From: a virus
Lineage: Duplodnaviria > Caudoviricetes
DNA: 52,649 nt
IMG/VR virus record: IMGVR_UViG_3300003885_000004
Location: 1-52,649 of that record
Strand: one strand, 5' to 3'
A program made the position numbers and the translations under genes. The first letter of the stretch is position 1. The number at the start of each line of letters is the position of its first letter. The notes below the pieces were generated by a model that was not told the DNA's origin, did not search any database, and saw nothing but the letters and a program-made list of their open reading frames with translations. This document shows positions 17,270 through 27,062 of the stretch, in pieces.

Positions 17270-17476
17270 TTATCTCCACTTTAAAGACTTTGCGATTAGA
17301 GCAGCTACTTTATGCTCATCATCTGGTAAGGTATAGCCCTTAGACCTCATGTCTCCGTGCAGCCTCTCGTACACTAAAGTCATCTCTTTGTCTACTTGAT
17401 CCGTAGTCATCTTAATACCCTTAGTGTTTTTGAGAATCTTTACAATCCTTTGCAATGATTCTTTACTTCTTGGCAT
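17270..17476 (-). CDS. small protein, paralog 1 of a tandem triplet
   Basis: Same motif. Confidence 0.8.
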   Translation of the reverse strand: MPRSKESLQRIVKILKNTKGIKMTTDQVDKEMTLVYERLHGDMRSKGYTLPDDEHKVAALIAKSLKWR

Positions 17477-17477
17477 G

Positions 17478-18017
17478 TCATGCTATCTCCGTTTTGGTTT
17501 TTCTCATCTTCAAGTCGTATTGGGCTTTCTTTTTAGATGGGTCAACGCCCGGTGGCAAAGGCTTACCTTCTTTAGATAGCTCTGTGCATAGCTCCAGCAT
17601 AGAGGGGTAGTGTGGTCTGACTATCTCTTTGTCGGCTATTTCCTTTGGGATGCCTAGCCAGTCCATCAATTCGTCCCATCCCTCTCTATCTTTCTTGATT
17701 GGGAATGGTGCGTACATCTTCACCTCCGGCATAGCTGTACAATAGGGTGTCCGTATTGGTTCTCCGTTCATCGTGGTGGCTTGGTTTTCTGTCCATAGTA
17801 AACAAGCCATGTTCTTTATGTGAGAGGCAGCTTTGGTCAATTCTTTTCGAAGGTCCTCAAGGTACTTAATTGATTGGGCTAGAGCAAATGCAGCATCAGC
17901 TAGTTCTACCTCACTTAGCTCGTTTGCAACGTCCTCTTTCAGGTCTATTAGCTGTTTGTAGATTTCCCTATGAGCCTTCCTTGCTTGGACGTATAATAGC
18001 TTAGCTGATGTGTGCAT
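17478..18017 (-). CDS. hypothetical replication-module protein
   Basis: 179-aa ORF, coiled-coil N-terminus, GKPLPPGV. Confidence 0.75.
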   Translation of the reverse strand: MHTSAKLLYVQARKAHREIYKQLIDLKEDVANELSEVELADAAFALAQSIKYLEDLRKELTKAASHIKNMACLLWTENQATTMNGEPIRTPYCTAMPEVKMYAPFPIKKDREGWDELMDWLGIPKEIADKEIVRPHYPSMLELCTELSKEGKPLPPGVDPSKKKAQYDLKMRKTKTEIA

Positions 18018-18052
18018 AGTGTTCTTTCTTGTACTAGTGTTAACCGTTAATA

Positions 18053-18253
18053 TTAACGTAGAGTATTTTTTGCCATTATACCAATTGTCTCGGACAATTG
18101 GTGTATCTCACTAATTGGGACTAAGTCCACTGTGGTCGTACCTTTCTCTCTTAATATTACACTGATGGCTTTGTATTCATTACAATATTCTATTTCCAGC
18201 GTCCCACCTTGTTGTTTCAAAATTCTTATCATCGCTTCCCAATTTTCATCCAT
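18053..18253 (-). CDS. hypothetical protein
   Basis: Fills the gap in the operon. Confidence 0.55.
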   Translation of the reverse strand: MDENWEAMIRILKQQGGTLEIEYCNEYKAISVILREKGTTTVDLVPISEIHQLSETIGIMAKNTLR

Positions 18254-19104
18254 ACGAATAGTCCCATAAGTGTTAGAAGTATTAGGTGTGTAATAGTACT
18301 TGGTTCCGGTACTGCTACTAAGACTGTAGGATAACCCTTACCCCAGTTAACAGCTAGTTGATGCAGGTCAGCGGTGCTAATAAATCCATCCCTAGTGAAG
18401 TCTCCTTGGTCCCAACCGCCATGTTGCTGCCAACTGGTCCCTATGGTGTTCAGGTCAACTGCATTCACTAGACCGTCTCTGTTAGCATCACCCTTGACAT
18501 AGCCTAAGTCTAAACTGTCTAGGGTAATGTCTATTGTAGGTCTTTCTGCCCAATACGGCCTATCAATGTCACTCTTCAGTATAAACCTAGTAACTCCGTC
18601 CTCTAGGAAATCACCAGTTACCAAGGGCAAGTCTTGCAGATAGATCAGAGAGTCATCCCAGACAATATCGGCATCCTTTCTATCGGCAATAGATAAGAAT
18701 GTTGAGAACGTATTCTCTGGCTCACCTGACGATACTAGATTCCATGACCCAACTGCAATACTGTCAAAGGTTGTTGGGGGTGCTGGGCAGCAATCTACGT
18801 AATCATTAGCTATGAAAAGAGCTGTCTCTCCGTTACCTGCATAGGTGAGTGTATCATCTCCAATCGTAGCTCCAAAACCTAATGGGTCACCAGTTACAGA
18901 ATCAATAGAGAACCACCCAGATACATTGTCACCCTTTCTGGCATGTAACATCATGCTATCCGGCCTACCTGTATTGTTAGCAATTTCTTTAACAATGCCT
19001 GTGAAATTGTACTTTACTGGTGATGCAGTCGACATTGATACCAACAATGTTATAACTGTTGCTGCTTCCACGACTCTTCTTGTTGTTTTTCCCATTCTCT
19101 GCAT
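18229..19104 (-). CDS. secreted dockerin-like (EF-hand) domain protein with PEP-CTERM sorting signal
   Basis: Signal peptide; GDANRDGLVNAVDL...GDFTRDGFISTADL; C-terminal VPEPS + TM helix + KIGKR. Confidence 0.9.
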   Translation of the reverse strand: MQRMGKTTRRVVEAATVITLLVSMSTASPVKYNFTGIVKEIANNTGRPDSMMLHARKGDNVSGWFSIDSVTGDPLGFGATIGDDTLTYAGNGETALFIANDYVDCCPAPPTTFDSIAVGSWNLVSSGEPENTFSTFLSIADRKDADIVWDDSLIYLQDLPLVTGDFLEDGVTRFILKSDIDRPYWAERPTIDITLDSLDLGYVKGDANRDGLVNAVDLNTIGTSWQQHGGWDQGDFTRDGFISTADLHQLAVNWGKGYPTVLVAVPEPSTITHLILLTLMGLFVWMKIGKR

Positions 19105-19760
19105 TGTCTTGTCCTCTTAAGAATTTGCCCCGAAACATATTCACGTTCACGTCCACTAAAGTCCCACCAATCTACTACAAAAAACTTGTCGTTATTAGGT
19201 CTCTTCAAAACGACTGACATTTCTTGCGTATTGCCGCTAGGGTCCGGCACCCAACCCATCTTGTATAGGGTTGCTTTGACCTTGCGTGCTCCCCACTCTA
19301 CTTCTTTGCATCCTTTAAACTGGATATAGATGTAACCTTTGAATTCCCTCTCCTCCCAGATGAGACCCTCTTTGAAATCTCTATCAGACCAAGCCCTAGA
19401 TTGTTCGGACCTTAGAATATCAGCTATGCGACCTTTCAAGAAAAAGATATTCCAATACTGATTAACGGGGAAATCACTCCTGTATCCGTACTTTTTTGCA
19501 ACGTACCCATACTTTAAGTCTTGAGGATTCATATTAGGAGGTATGCCGAGTCTCTTGTTATCTGGGTACTTAGAGTATTTTGTCTTCTCCTCTCTTTCGT
19601 ACTTCTCCCTTCTTTCCTTCCAATAATTTAGCTCTTTAAGATACTCAGCAGCTATGGCATTGCTTTTCCTCTGTGCTCTAATCCTAGTCTCATTTGTATG
19701 CTGTCCGTAGCATGGGCTTTGCAGGGCTAGTAGTATCAATGGCACCAGTAATCTTCTCAT
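19050..19760 (-). CDS. secreted protein with C-terminal SHD1 (SLA1 homology domain 1)-like motif
   Basis: Signal peptide MRRLLVPLILLAL; KVKATL...VVLKRPNN....V....FS..EREYV. Confidence 0.55.
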   Translation of the reverse strand: MRRLLVPLILLALQSPCYGQHTNETRIRAQRKSNAIAAEYLKELNYWKERREKYEREEKTKYSKYPDNKRLGIPPNMNPQDLKYGYVAKKYGYRSDFPVNQYWNIFFLKGRIADILRSEQSRAWSDRDFKEGLIWEEREFKGYIYIQFKGCKEVEWGARKVKATLYKMGWVPDPSGNTQEMSVVLKRPNNDKFFVVDWWDFSGREREYVSGQILKRTRQCREWEKQQEESWKQQQL

Positions 19761-20218
19761 TGCGAGTCTCCCTGCGACACCCCTATAGGTCGAATCACTA
19801 AAGCATACATGTCGATATTAGAGTATAAATCATTAGGCACTGGGTAACAAGCTAACCATTCAATCTTCTCTGAATTACTGTCTCTCATGTTGAGGTACTT
19901 ATCGTTTGGCCTAAGACTACCTTTTGCCACTTCATAGCCATCTGGAATATGTATCTCTTTCCCACTAACAATGACTGTTTGACTGATCTTCTTCCCATTA
20001 AGGATTGTCGTTTGACTCATTACCGACCGTTCAGCTATGTTACCACCTAACCAACTTGTGATTATTTTTTGTTGATTCTCAACCTTTGCTAACCTAGCAT
20101 CAAGTTCAGCGATAGCTGCAATCATCTTGCCAATAGCTTCAGATAGGCATGGCTGACCTGAAATGTCACAACTAAGGCCAACTTCTAGCATTCTTTGTGC
20201 GATGTTTTGTTCGCTCAT
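19757..20218 (-). CDS. hypothetical protein
   Basis: GAGGA RBS, ATGA overlaps. Confidence 0.7.
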   Translation of the reverse strand: MSEQNIAQRMLEVGLSCDISGQPCLSEAIGKMIAAIAELDARLAKVENQQKIITSWLGGNIAERSVMSQTTILNGKKISQTVIVSGKEIHIPDGYEVAKGSLRPNDKYLNMRDSNSEKIEWLACYPVPNDLYSNIDMYALVIRPIGVSQGDSQ

Positions 20219-20412
20219 GTTTTCCTCTCAGATTCTGACTTAGATTCTGACTTAAATATAATATTCATGCGGGCGATGTATCTTTCTGGTCTATCTGAGT
20301 TAGGCATCGTCTGAGTTAAGTTATTACATCCTGAACATTCAATCACTGCAAATTGCCCTTCGGATGTCGTTACCCAAGATGTAATTTCTAAGTAATGTAC
20401 ATGCTTACTCAT
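20215..20412 (-). CDS. hypothetical protein (HxH, CxxC)
   Basis: GAGGA RBS, ATGA overlaps. Confidence 0.65.
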   Translation of the reverse strand: MSKHVHYLEITSWVTTSEGQFAVIECSGCNNLTQTMPNSDRPERYIARMNIIFKSESKSESERKT

Positions 20413-20624
20413 GTTTTCCTCACGACGTCTTGATTGCGAAACTTATCAAACAATTCCTTCATTTGTAAACCAGTAACATCCCTGCATAGAGGGTCACAAG
20501 TACACTCTATCATTGTGAAATGTCCGCCATCAAGATTCTGTTTCATTATTAAATGCATCTTGTCAAACGTATCCTGACTATCCATAGCCTCAACTAGATG
20601 ACAATATTTAACCGGCATGCTCAT
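20409..20624 (-). CDS. hypothetical protein
   Basis: Leader TAGGGAGAGAACCATG identical to that of the 20635..20916 gene. Confidence 0.65.
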   Translation of the reverse strand: MSMPVKYCHLVEAMDSQDTFDKMHLIMKQNLDGGHFTMIECTCDPLCRDVTGLQMKELFDKFRNQDVVRKT

Positions 20625-20634
20625 GGTTCTCTCC

Positions 20635-20916
20635 CTAGTACCTTTCATAATGTCTAGTTTGATACTTACATAACATCTGACCTAGCGCGTCCCGTTGTCT
20701 CTCGTTTAGGGTAACTGACCACATGTTTATTGCACCCTGCTTATCTCCTAATCCTTGTTTCCATTGCAATGTCAAGGTTGCATCACCCGCTACATTGATT
20801 GTTACATCTAAGACTGATCCGAACCCATCCGGTTGCCCTAATGCACCAGAAAATCTCATTGCATCAACTTTGCTATTTGACTTTGGTGTCAATTCCCCTG
20901 TATTAAGTTCGCTCAT
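20635..20916 (-). CDS. hypothetical protein
   Basis: GGGAG RBS. Confidence 0.7.
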   Translation of the reverse strand: MSELNTGELTPKSNSKVDAMRFSGALGQPDGFGSVLDVTINVAGDATLTLQWKQGLGDKQGAINMWSVTLNERQRDALGQMLCKYQTRHYERY

Positions 20917-20926
20917 GGTTCTCTCC

Positions 20927-21268
20927 CTAGTTTAAGTCAGCAGACGACTTAGCCCCGACTAACAGCTCCACGTACTTGTTATCTATTCTATCCCATGACA
21001 GAGTATAGAATGACTCGTGCTCCGACAAGAGAGCAGACGTCAGCCTACAGTTAGCTGTGATGTTCCCAGCGAAGACAATGAAGTCCTTTTCGTAGTCGTA
21101 CATATTCTCTTTTAGAGACTCCACACATTTAGTCTCAAAGTCAATCATGAATATGTCGGTGTCCTTAAGGTCCTTGAATAGGTACTTGATTATGCCGAAC
21201 TCAGATGCTGGCGTTATGTCTATACCGAAGACATTAGAAACTACGAAACATTTCGGTGAACTAATCAT
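20927..21268 (-). CDS. hypothetical phage protein (D.TPA..FG family)
   Basis: ATGA overlap with the helicase stop. Confidence 0.7.
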   Translation of the reverse strand: MISSPKCFVVSNVFGIDITPASEFGIIKYLFKDLKDTDIFMIDFETKCVESLKENMYDYEKDFIVFAGNITANCRLTSALLSEHESFYTLSWDRIDNKYVELLVGAKSSADLN

Positions 21269-23229
21269 ACATTTATTTCCAAGTTGAGAACACTCTTGAG
21301 GACCTTCCTTAGATCAGACAATTCCATTGCAGCTATTTGTTTCTCGACAACAACTAGTCTGATCTGCTCATCTATGCTGTTGGGGACAACTATGTCTGTG
21401 GTTCTAACTGGCACCCTAGTACCTTTCCTATGAGGACGAAAACTAGATTGATCTCTGTCTAGGCTGGACCAGTTTGTGCAATAGTATACAGCCTGGGTCG
21501 TATTCGTGGTTAGCTTAGCTTCGTCCCCATTCCACCAGTCATAACCCACTAGGTTGAGACCTACTCCACCTGCTGCCGGGTTACCTACCCATACTTTGCA
21601 CTTTGGGTCACCATTGAATCGTTCTTCTGCCTCTTGTCTCTTCTTAGAGCTAGTAGCCCCATGGAACGTTACATGGTCAATACCCTCTTCAGTCAGTCTC
21701 TCACTAATCTTCTTGATCGGTGGGATAAAGCATGACCATACTAACGTCTTCTCCTCCGGCCCTTTTTCTTTCAGTATCTCTATTAGTGTTTCAATCTTAG
21801 GTATCGGGTCAAAGAACCTAGTAACAGTGGATAGCACCTTCCCGGTCTCTTCGGACACTTCGCCATCCCATTTGGCGTACCCTGCTGTTATCTCTGACAG
21901 CCTTAGAAGCTTAGTCAAGATATGATTAGTGGTCAATGTATTGACAAAGTCACTACCCTCTATCTCTGCGATCAATTGACTAGCTAGTTGTTTGTAGACA
22001 TCCGTCTGCTCTCCAGTCATTGTTGATTCGATGATGTCAAATGTTCTCTCCGGCAAGTCAGGTAACGCCTGCTCTAGAGTAATAATGAATGAGTGTTTAG
22101 CTAGTCTCTCCTGCAAGAAAGGTACGTTCTGGAATCCAACTAGTTTCTGTATACCATCGGAATGTCCGCCACTAGCCTTGAAGTCTGTATCATAGACAGC
22201 ATGAAAGTTTTTGAATGCTGCAAAGCTAGTGAATCCGCTGCATCCCTTGCCGATCCACTCGAACTGGGTATACAGGTCCAAGAGAGTATTAGCTATTGGG
22301 GTGCCAGTCAGAGCTAGTCTCTTTTCGCACTTGTCCCTTATCTTCTCAATGTACTGCCACCTAGTAGTTGTATGACTCTTAATGTATTGACTCTCATCAA
22401 GTATACCTATGTTCCAATCAATACATTGTAGTTGTGTCCAGAACACGGGTATTGTGTCGTAACCAATAATGCAGACTGTCGCGTCATGCCCACCATCATG
22501 GAACGCCCTTATCAAAGCTTTAATTCTGTCCTCTAGTGTTCCCTCAATTATCGTAGCTTTGACGGAGCAATCGCAGAACCTCTCTAGTTCCTTCTTCCAG
22601 TTTAGTCGGACGTTGTTTGGGCAGATTACTAATGACCTATGCATGTACCCCGTTTGCTCTTTGACATACTTAGCAAAGGTGGAGATCAGAGAGATAGCTA
22701 CTAGAGTCTTGCCACAACCTTGTTTGAAGAATAGACCGTATCCCTCTGATAGAGCAGAGTTAATTGCAGCGACTTTCTGATAACAAGTCATCTCGAAGCC
22801 GTCAGCTATCTTTAGATTGTTCTCAGGTACGGTTTTGTTCTTGAAGTATTCAGCAGTTCTCTTAGCTATTTGATCAGAGTTATAGGACCGCAAGAGAGTG
22901 TTGACAAAGACTACCTTAGTCTTTTCATCCTTAAAGAATATACGGTCTTCAAAGTTTGCCTGAATCAGCTCTACAGTATAGTCAGTGATACCTAGGTGAT
23001 ACTTAGCTACACTGTCTTTACTTACCAGCGCTTTTCTCTCAGGTATTCGAGCTATGACCTTATGCGACCTGTAGCTAGGGTGGGTTGGGGCGTCACCGTT
23101 CTCGCCTGGAGTGTACAGCCGTGCTTGAAACACACTGTCCTTATTGTCCAGAGCTAGAGATATGTGGTCCGTGTCTTTGAGACCAATGGGCTCGAATAGC
23201 CTACGAGTATTGTCAGTGGAGCAGAGCAT
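21265..23229 (-). CDS. SNF2-family (SF2) helicase
   Basis: QGCGKT, LVICP, W..E, ILDESQYIK, LTGTPIAN, AGGVGLNL, Q...R.HR.G. Confidence 0.93.
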   Translation of the reverse strand: MLCSTDNTRRLFEPIGLKDTDHISLALDNKDSVFQARLYTPGENGDAPTHPSYRSHKVIARIPERKALVSKDSVAKYHLGITDYTVELIQANFEDRIFFKDEKTKVVFVNTLLRSYNSDQIAKRTAEYFKNKTVPENNLKIADGFEMTCYQKVAAINSALSEGYGLFFKQGCGKTLVAISLISTFAKYVKEQTGYMHRSLVICPNNVRLNWKKELERFCDCSVKATIIEGTLEDRIKALIRAFHDGGHDATVCIIGYDTIPVFWTQLQCIDWNIGILDESQYIKSHTTTRWQYIEKIRDKCEKRLALTGTPIANTLLDLYTQFEWIGKGCSGFTSFAAFKNFHAVYDTDFKASGGHSDGIQKLVGFQNVPFLQERLAKHSFIITLEQALPDLPERTFDIIESTMTGEQTDVYKQLASQLIAEIEGSDFVNTLTTNHILTKLLRLSEITAGYAKWDGEVSEETGKVLSTVTRFFDPIPKIETLIEILKEKGPEEKTLVWSCFIPPIKKISERLTEEGIDHVTFHGATSSKKRQEAEERFNGDPKCKVWVGNPAAGGVGLNLVGYDWWNGDEAKLTTNTTQAVYYCTNWSSLDRDQSSFRPHRKGTRVPVRTTDIVVPNSIDEQIRLVVVEKQIAAMELSDLRKVLKSVLNLEINV

Positions 23230-23262
23230 TGGGTGTACCTATGTGGTAATGTGTGCGTGTCG

Positions 23263-23412
23263 CTCAGCCAGCAGCCGACCGCTGTCCTCTGTCCGAGTCT
23301 GACAACTGAAGCCGCGGCAGTATTACTGGGTCGCCGCATGCTTGGCCGCCAGGCGTCCAGAGAGATCGCTGAGTAGGTGTAACTGTGTGACCGGCATAAT
23401 TCGTGGCCGGCA
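23263..23412 (-). ncRNA. putative structured 5' leader or ncRNA upstream of the SNF2 helicase
   Basis: GC-rich nested stems CUCAGC/GCUGAG, UCUCUG/CAGAGG, GCGGC/GCCGC, CAGU/ACUG, CAGCGG/CUGCUG, CCGGC/GCCGG. Confidence 0.4.
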
Positions 23413-23435
23413 GTGTAAACGCTGTGTGTACCTCC

Positions 23436-23466
23436 ATTATACGAGATACCAAGTGTCCGGTAACCC
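23436..23466 (-). promoter_or_regulatory. promoter of the replication operon
   Basis: Perfect TATAAT preceded by GGGTTACCGGACACTTGGT, shared with 7791-7822. Confidence 0.7.
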
Positions 23467-23540
23467 CTCTACTGGGGGATGGGCAAGGAATTGACCTTTA
23501 GGCAGCCAATTAACCTAAACCCATCAGACCCAAGCCACCC

Positions 23541-23729
23541 CTACTTGTCCGGCAGAAAGTCGAGAAAAGATTTCTTCTTGTTTCTCTTCTTCTTTCCGAC
23601 CATATTGATAGCCTTAGCTACCGCCTGCTTCGGAGGGATACCTTCTTTCTTTAGTTCGGCAATCTTCTTGCCAACAGCGTCATTACCACTCTTCTTTTTC
23701 TTGTGCGACGACTTCTCGTGCAACCCCAT
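23541..23729 (-). CDS. small basic protein (EG....QAVA.A family)
   Basis: GGAG RBS; KKIAELKKEGIPPKQAVAKAINM. Confidence 0.75.
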   Translation of the reverse strand: MGLHEKSSHKKKKSGNDAVGKKIAELKKEGIPPKQAVAKAINMVGKKKRNKKKSFLDFLPDK

Positions 23730-23756
23730 AGTGTCTCTCCCTAAGTATTAAGTAGT

Positions 23757-26672
23757 CTAGTCAACCGTAAAAACCAGTAAAGCTTCCTCCAGATCAGTTT
23801 GACCATTTTGACCCGCATCACTAGATATAGTGAATTGCATAGTATCTCCAATATTTGGTTTCCAAAACCCTCTCGTAGGTTTACTGTCTCTAAACGTCCC
23901 TGTTCTTGTATGAGTAAAGCTAGAAAATACCGGAACAAAAAGCCTTAACCCAGTGCCAGTTGCAAGTTCAATAATGTTTCCTTGCGCATCCTGATTATTA
24001 GCAGACATTATAAACCGCCACAGTACATCAAGATTTATATCTGTACCCATATCAAAATTCGCTGTAAAGACACCTGAGACATAAGAGAATAAGGTCGATA
24101 CCTGCCCGGTATACAGAGGAGAAAATGTCCATAACATTGTTGCACCACCAGAGGGTACACTAACAATGGGTGTTGCTGTCCATATCTCTGTATAAGGGCC
24201 TTCCATAGCTACCGACTGAAGCAACCAATTAGCTCCATCATAATCATACTCCCTTGCCTCTCCACCCTGGAGCATAATTGCTGTGTCCTGTAGCTTACGA
24301 GATAGTAGGGACTCCACCTGACTGGCACTAGTCAAGGCATCTATAGTGACGCCATTAGCCCCTAGTGGAGAAGACTTCTTAACGTGAAATCTATCACTAG
24401 ACTTAGCACCTAAGGGAGTAAATATAGTTACAGCTCCAGCAGTTGGATCGGCAATTATCCAATCATTAACTGATGCTTGATAAGGACTATCAGTGTTAGT
24501 TATGTTGACCTGTTTAGATAACCAATCCACCCAGTTAGTACCATCACTCCAGGTGGGTTTATTTGTATCCAGGTTCCATATCTTTGTACCTATAGGTACT
24601 TCATTAGCAGGTGGAAGGTTAGCTACGGTTGATTCAAAGTGATCGTTAGCGCCTTGGATGACACCGGTGTTATCTTGATAGATTAGCCCTGCGTCTGGCT
24701 GGTCAACTACTGCAAAGTATTGACAACGTATTCGGTTGCCGTTATATGCTGTATGAAATAGTAAATCGCAAATAAATAGAGTTTCTGTTGACGGTAACGT
24801 AAAAGGTATCGACACCCATTGCGGCTTGCCCCCTTCAATTCGAACCGTATATTGACTGCCAGCACCAGAAAATGGAAGAAATGTCCCTGTTACCCAATCT
24901 AATACATCCCCACCGACTCTCTGCAATTGAATTCTCACAAATATTTCATAATCAGCCCAAACAAGAATGTTAACCCAGTATTTTCCGGCAACGGTACTTG
25001 TTGTATTTTGAATCCTCACTGTATTATTTACAGGTGGAACAGGGGCTGAATCAACCCAAGATAAACATACGGGCCTACCCTCTGTTACATCATGAGCACT
25101 TGCAGGATGAATACCAAAACTATCAACAAATGATTCCGTTTCAGTTCCACTAACACTCTCAAGAGCTAATGGCCGAGTCGGGATATAAGTGTCCTGAATA
25201 AGATTAGCATGATTCTTTTCTGTTACTGGAGGCAAATCACGAACACCAGCCATTTGTCCGCCAAACGGAATAATCTTATTTAGTCCAGGGTCGTTTGCAT
25301 CTTCAATTACGATCTTAAGAGATTCATGTGGTGGCATAAATATGATATTCTGTGTACACCCCTTTTCGATAACAATTTTTTGATTATCTCCTATAGCACC
25401 ACGAATATGTACAACATTACCTTGTGAATTTCGTACCACCCCGCCACTATCAGTAAAATTTGCAATCCTTATAATTTCTCTTGTATTATTCTCAGATACC
25501 ATCATCCCATCAATTAAAACATTCCCGACACCGGCTAATTTAATACCGATAGGCGTTGCCTCTGCATAGAAATTATGAATTATTTTTGAGTCGTATTTAT
25601 TCCGATCTATGGAACGTACTTCATCATATTCTATAAGCAGACCCCCAGTATCGCATTGATCCGTTCCACAATTATCCATTGTAAAAGCAGCCGAGCCATG
25701 GATATAGAATCCCCAGCCATTATGAAACTCGCTATCAATTTGCTCAAGCCTAACTTGACCAGCACCAGCTACCTCTAATCCATTTGAGCTACCATTTGTA
25801 ATATGACAATCTGATATCTTAAAATTATAGTTATTTACATAAACAACTGGATCGGCTGTTGTATTAAAATCGCGCAATCCTGAAAAGCTTACTCCCTGTA
25901 TTGATCCATTGAATAGAGGGGATGATCCAGAGGCATCTAGCAACCCTGTATTCTCTCCAACAGCAACACGCAATAAGCTATTTCTCTGCCCATCCCCTAT
26001 AATATTTCTCTGACCACCACCAATTAATAGATTAAGGTCTATTTTTTTGGTATCAAATCCCGACGGACCAGGTATATACAAGATACCACCTGCTTGGGCA
26101 GCATTTATATTACGCCCAGCGATGTATGTACTGTCTATTGCATCTTTATTATCAGTTGCATTAGTTCCTGATTCCAATATATTTAATGCCCCAAACCAGC
26201 GAATATTAACTCTTGATTGAACTATATCAATAACACCACGGTTAAGCTGATCAACATGGTCAAACAGTTTTACACCGGACCTTACTTGTCCTTTTATAAT
26301 CAACGTCCCGCCAGTAGGTACAGACAAAACCCCACTAGCACCTATGAGAGTTATCCCCTCCGAAACAGCATAGGATGATACAGCTAACGTCTCACTAACA
26401 TCAATATACAACTCCCCGTTGCCACTCATGATTGACAATGCAGTCGCGAAGTCTGGATAGTGGCTAAGCTTGTTAAGTGTATCGAACTCCCTAACATAGG
26501 CACCTGTTCCGATACCCACAGCCTCATAGTTAATAACCTCATCAAATACAGTGACACCAGAGTCATAACGGAACATATCATGCTCACCATTGATGAACAC
26601 TTTATCCCCGTCGATACTCAGGGTATATATCTTCATCTGCGCTATGGTAGGGAACTGCGCTCTACGTGCCAT
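23757..26672 (-). CDS. tailspike / receptor-binding protein with right-handed beta-helix (pectate-lyase-like)
   Basis: VNIRWFGA...DNKDAI...GILYIP...IIGDG motif; WNLDTNKPTWSDGTNW; last gene of the tail module. Confidence 0.8.
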   Translation of the reverse strand: MARRAQFPTIAQMKIYTLSIDGDKVFINGEHDMFRYDSGVTVFDEVINYEAVGIGTGAYVREFDTLNKLSHYPDFATALSIMSGNGELYIDVSETLAVSSYAVSEGITLIGASGVLSVPTGGTLIIKGQVRSGVKLFDHVDQLNRGVIDIVQSRVNIRWFGALNILESGTNATDNKDAIDSTYIAGRNINAAQAGGILYIPGPSGFDTKKIDLNLLIGGGQRNIIGDGQRNSLLRVAVGENTGLLDASGSSPLFNGSIQGVSFSGLRDFNTTADPVVYVNNYNFKISDCHITNGSSNGLEVAGAGQVRLEQIDSEFHNGWGFYIHGSAAFTMDNCGTDQCDTGGLLIEYDEVRSIDRNKYDSKIIHNFYAEATPIGIKLAGVGNVLIDGMMVSENNTREIIRIANFTDSGGVVRNSQGNVVHIRGAIGDNQKIVIEKGCTQNIIFMPPHESLKIVIEDANDPGLNKIIPFGGQMAGVRDLPPVTEKNHANLIQDTYIPTRPLALESVSGTETESFVDSFGIHPASAHDVTEGRPVCLSWVDSAPVPPVNNTVRIQNTTSTVAGKYWVNILVWADYEIFVRIQLQRVGGDVLDWVTGTFLPFSGAGSQYTVRIEGGKPQWVSIPFTLPSTETLFICDLLFHTAYNGNRIRCQYFAVVDQPDAGLIYQDNTGVIQGANDHFESTVANLPPANEVPIGTKIWNLDTNKPTWSDGTNWVDWLSKQVNITNTDSPYQASVNDWIIADPTAGAVTIFTPLGAKSSDRFHVKKSSPLGANGVTIDALTSASQVESLLSRKLQDTAIMLQGGEAREYDYDGANWLLQSVAMEGPYTEIWTATPIVSVPSGGATMLWTFSPLYTGQVSTLFSYVSGVFTANFDMGTDINLDVLWRFIMSANNQDAQGNIIELATGTGLRLFVPVFSSFTHTRTGTFRDSKPTRGFWKPNIGDTMQFTISSDAGQNGQTDLEEALLVFTVD

Positions 26673-27057
26673 CTGATATTTTCTCCGCTTTCTTCAGCAT
26701 TCTACTTATACCGAACTTAGGTATCTTTAATCCCTGCTCAACAGCATTGTTATGAACTGCCTGTACAATAGCATCATGGTTAGCCCTAACCCACCTTGCG
26801 CCATTCTGATTCATTAGTTTCTCTAGGCTTATGCAACTAGCACACTTAGTATACTCGATCCTAAGAACATTAGCCCACCACTCCATTAGATTAGTAAAGT
26901 CTGTCCCTATCCCTTTGGCTGAGCAAGGATACTTTCCATCATATCTCTCAGGAGTACCAGACAGTGTCCTACCACACGATGTACACTTAACATGGTATTC
27001 GTCTACCTGAATGAATTCACAGGTTATTACATCTTTTGTTATTGTACACTTTGCCAT
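26662..27057 (-). CDS. small Cys-rich tail-associated protein
   Basis: CTSC, GIGTD..., CASC..LE..MN pattern. Confidence 0.7.
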   Translation of the reverse strand: MAKCTITKDVITCEFIQVDEYHVKCTSCGRTLSGTPERYDGKYPCSAKGIGTDFTNLMEWWANVLRIEYTKCASCISLEKLMNQNGARWVRANHDAIVQAVHNNAVEQGLKIPKFGISRMLKKAEKISDGT

Positions 27058-27062
27058 TATAG

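Noticed and set aside
23757-26672. Diversity-generating retroelement targeting the tailspike
   Set aside because: No reverse transcriptase, and no TR/VR pair differing at adenines was seen.
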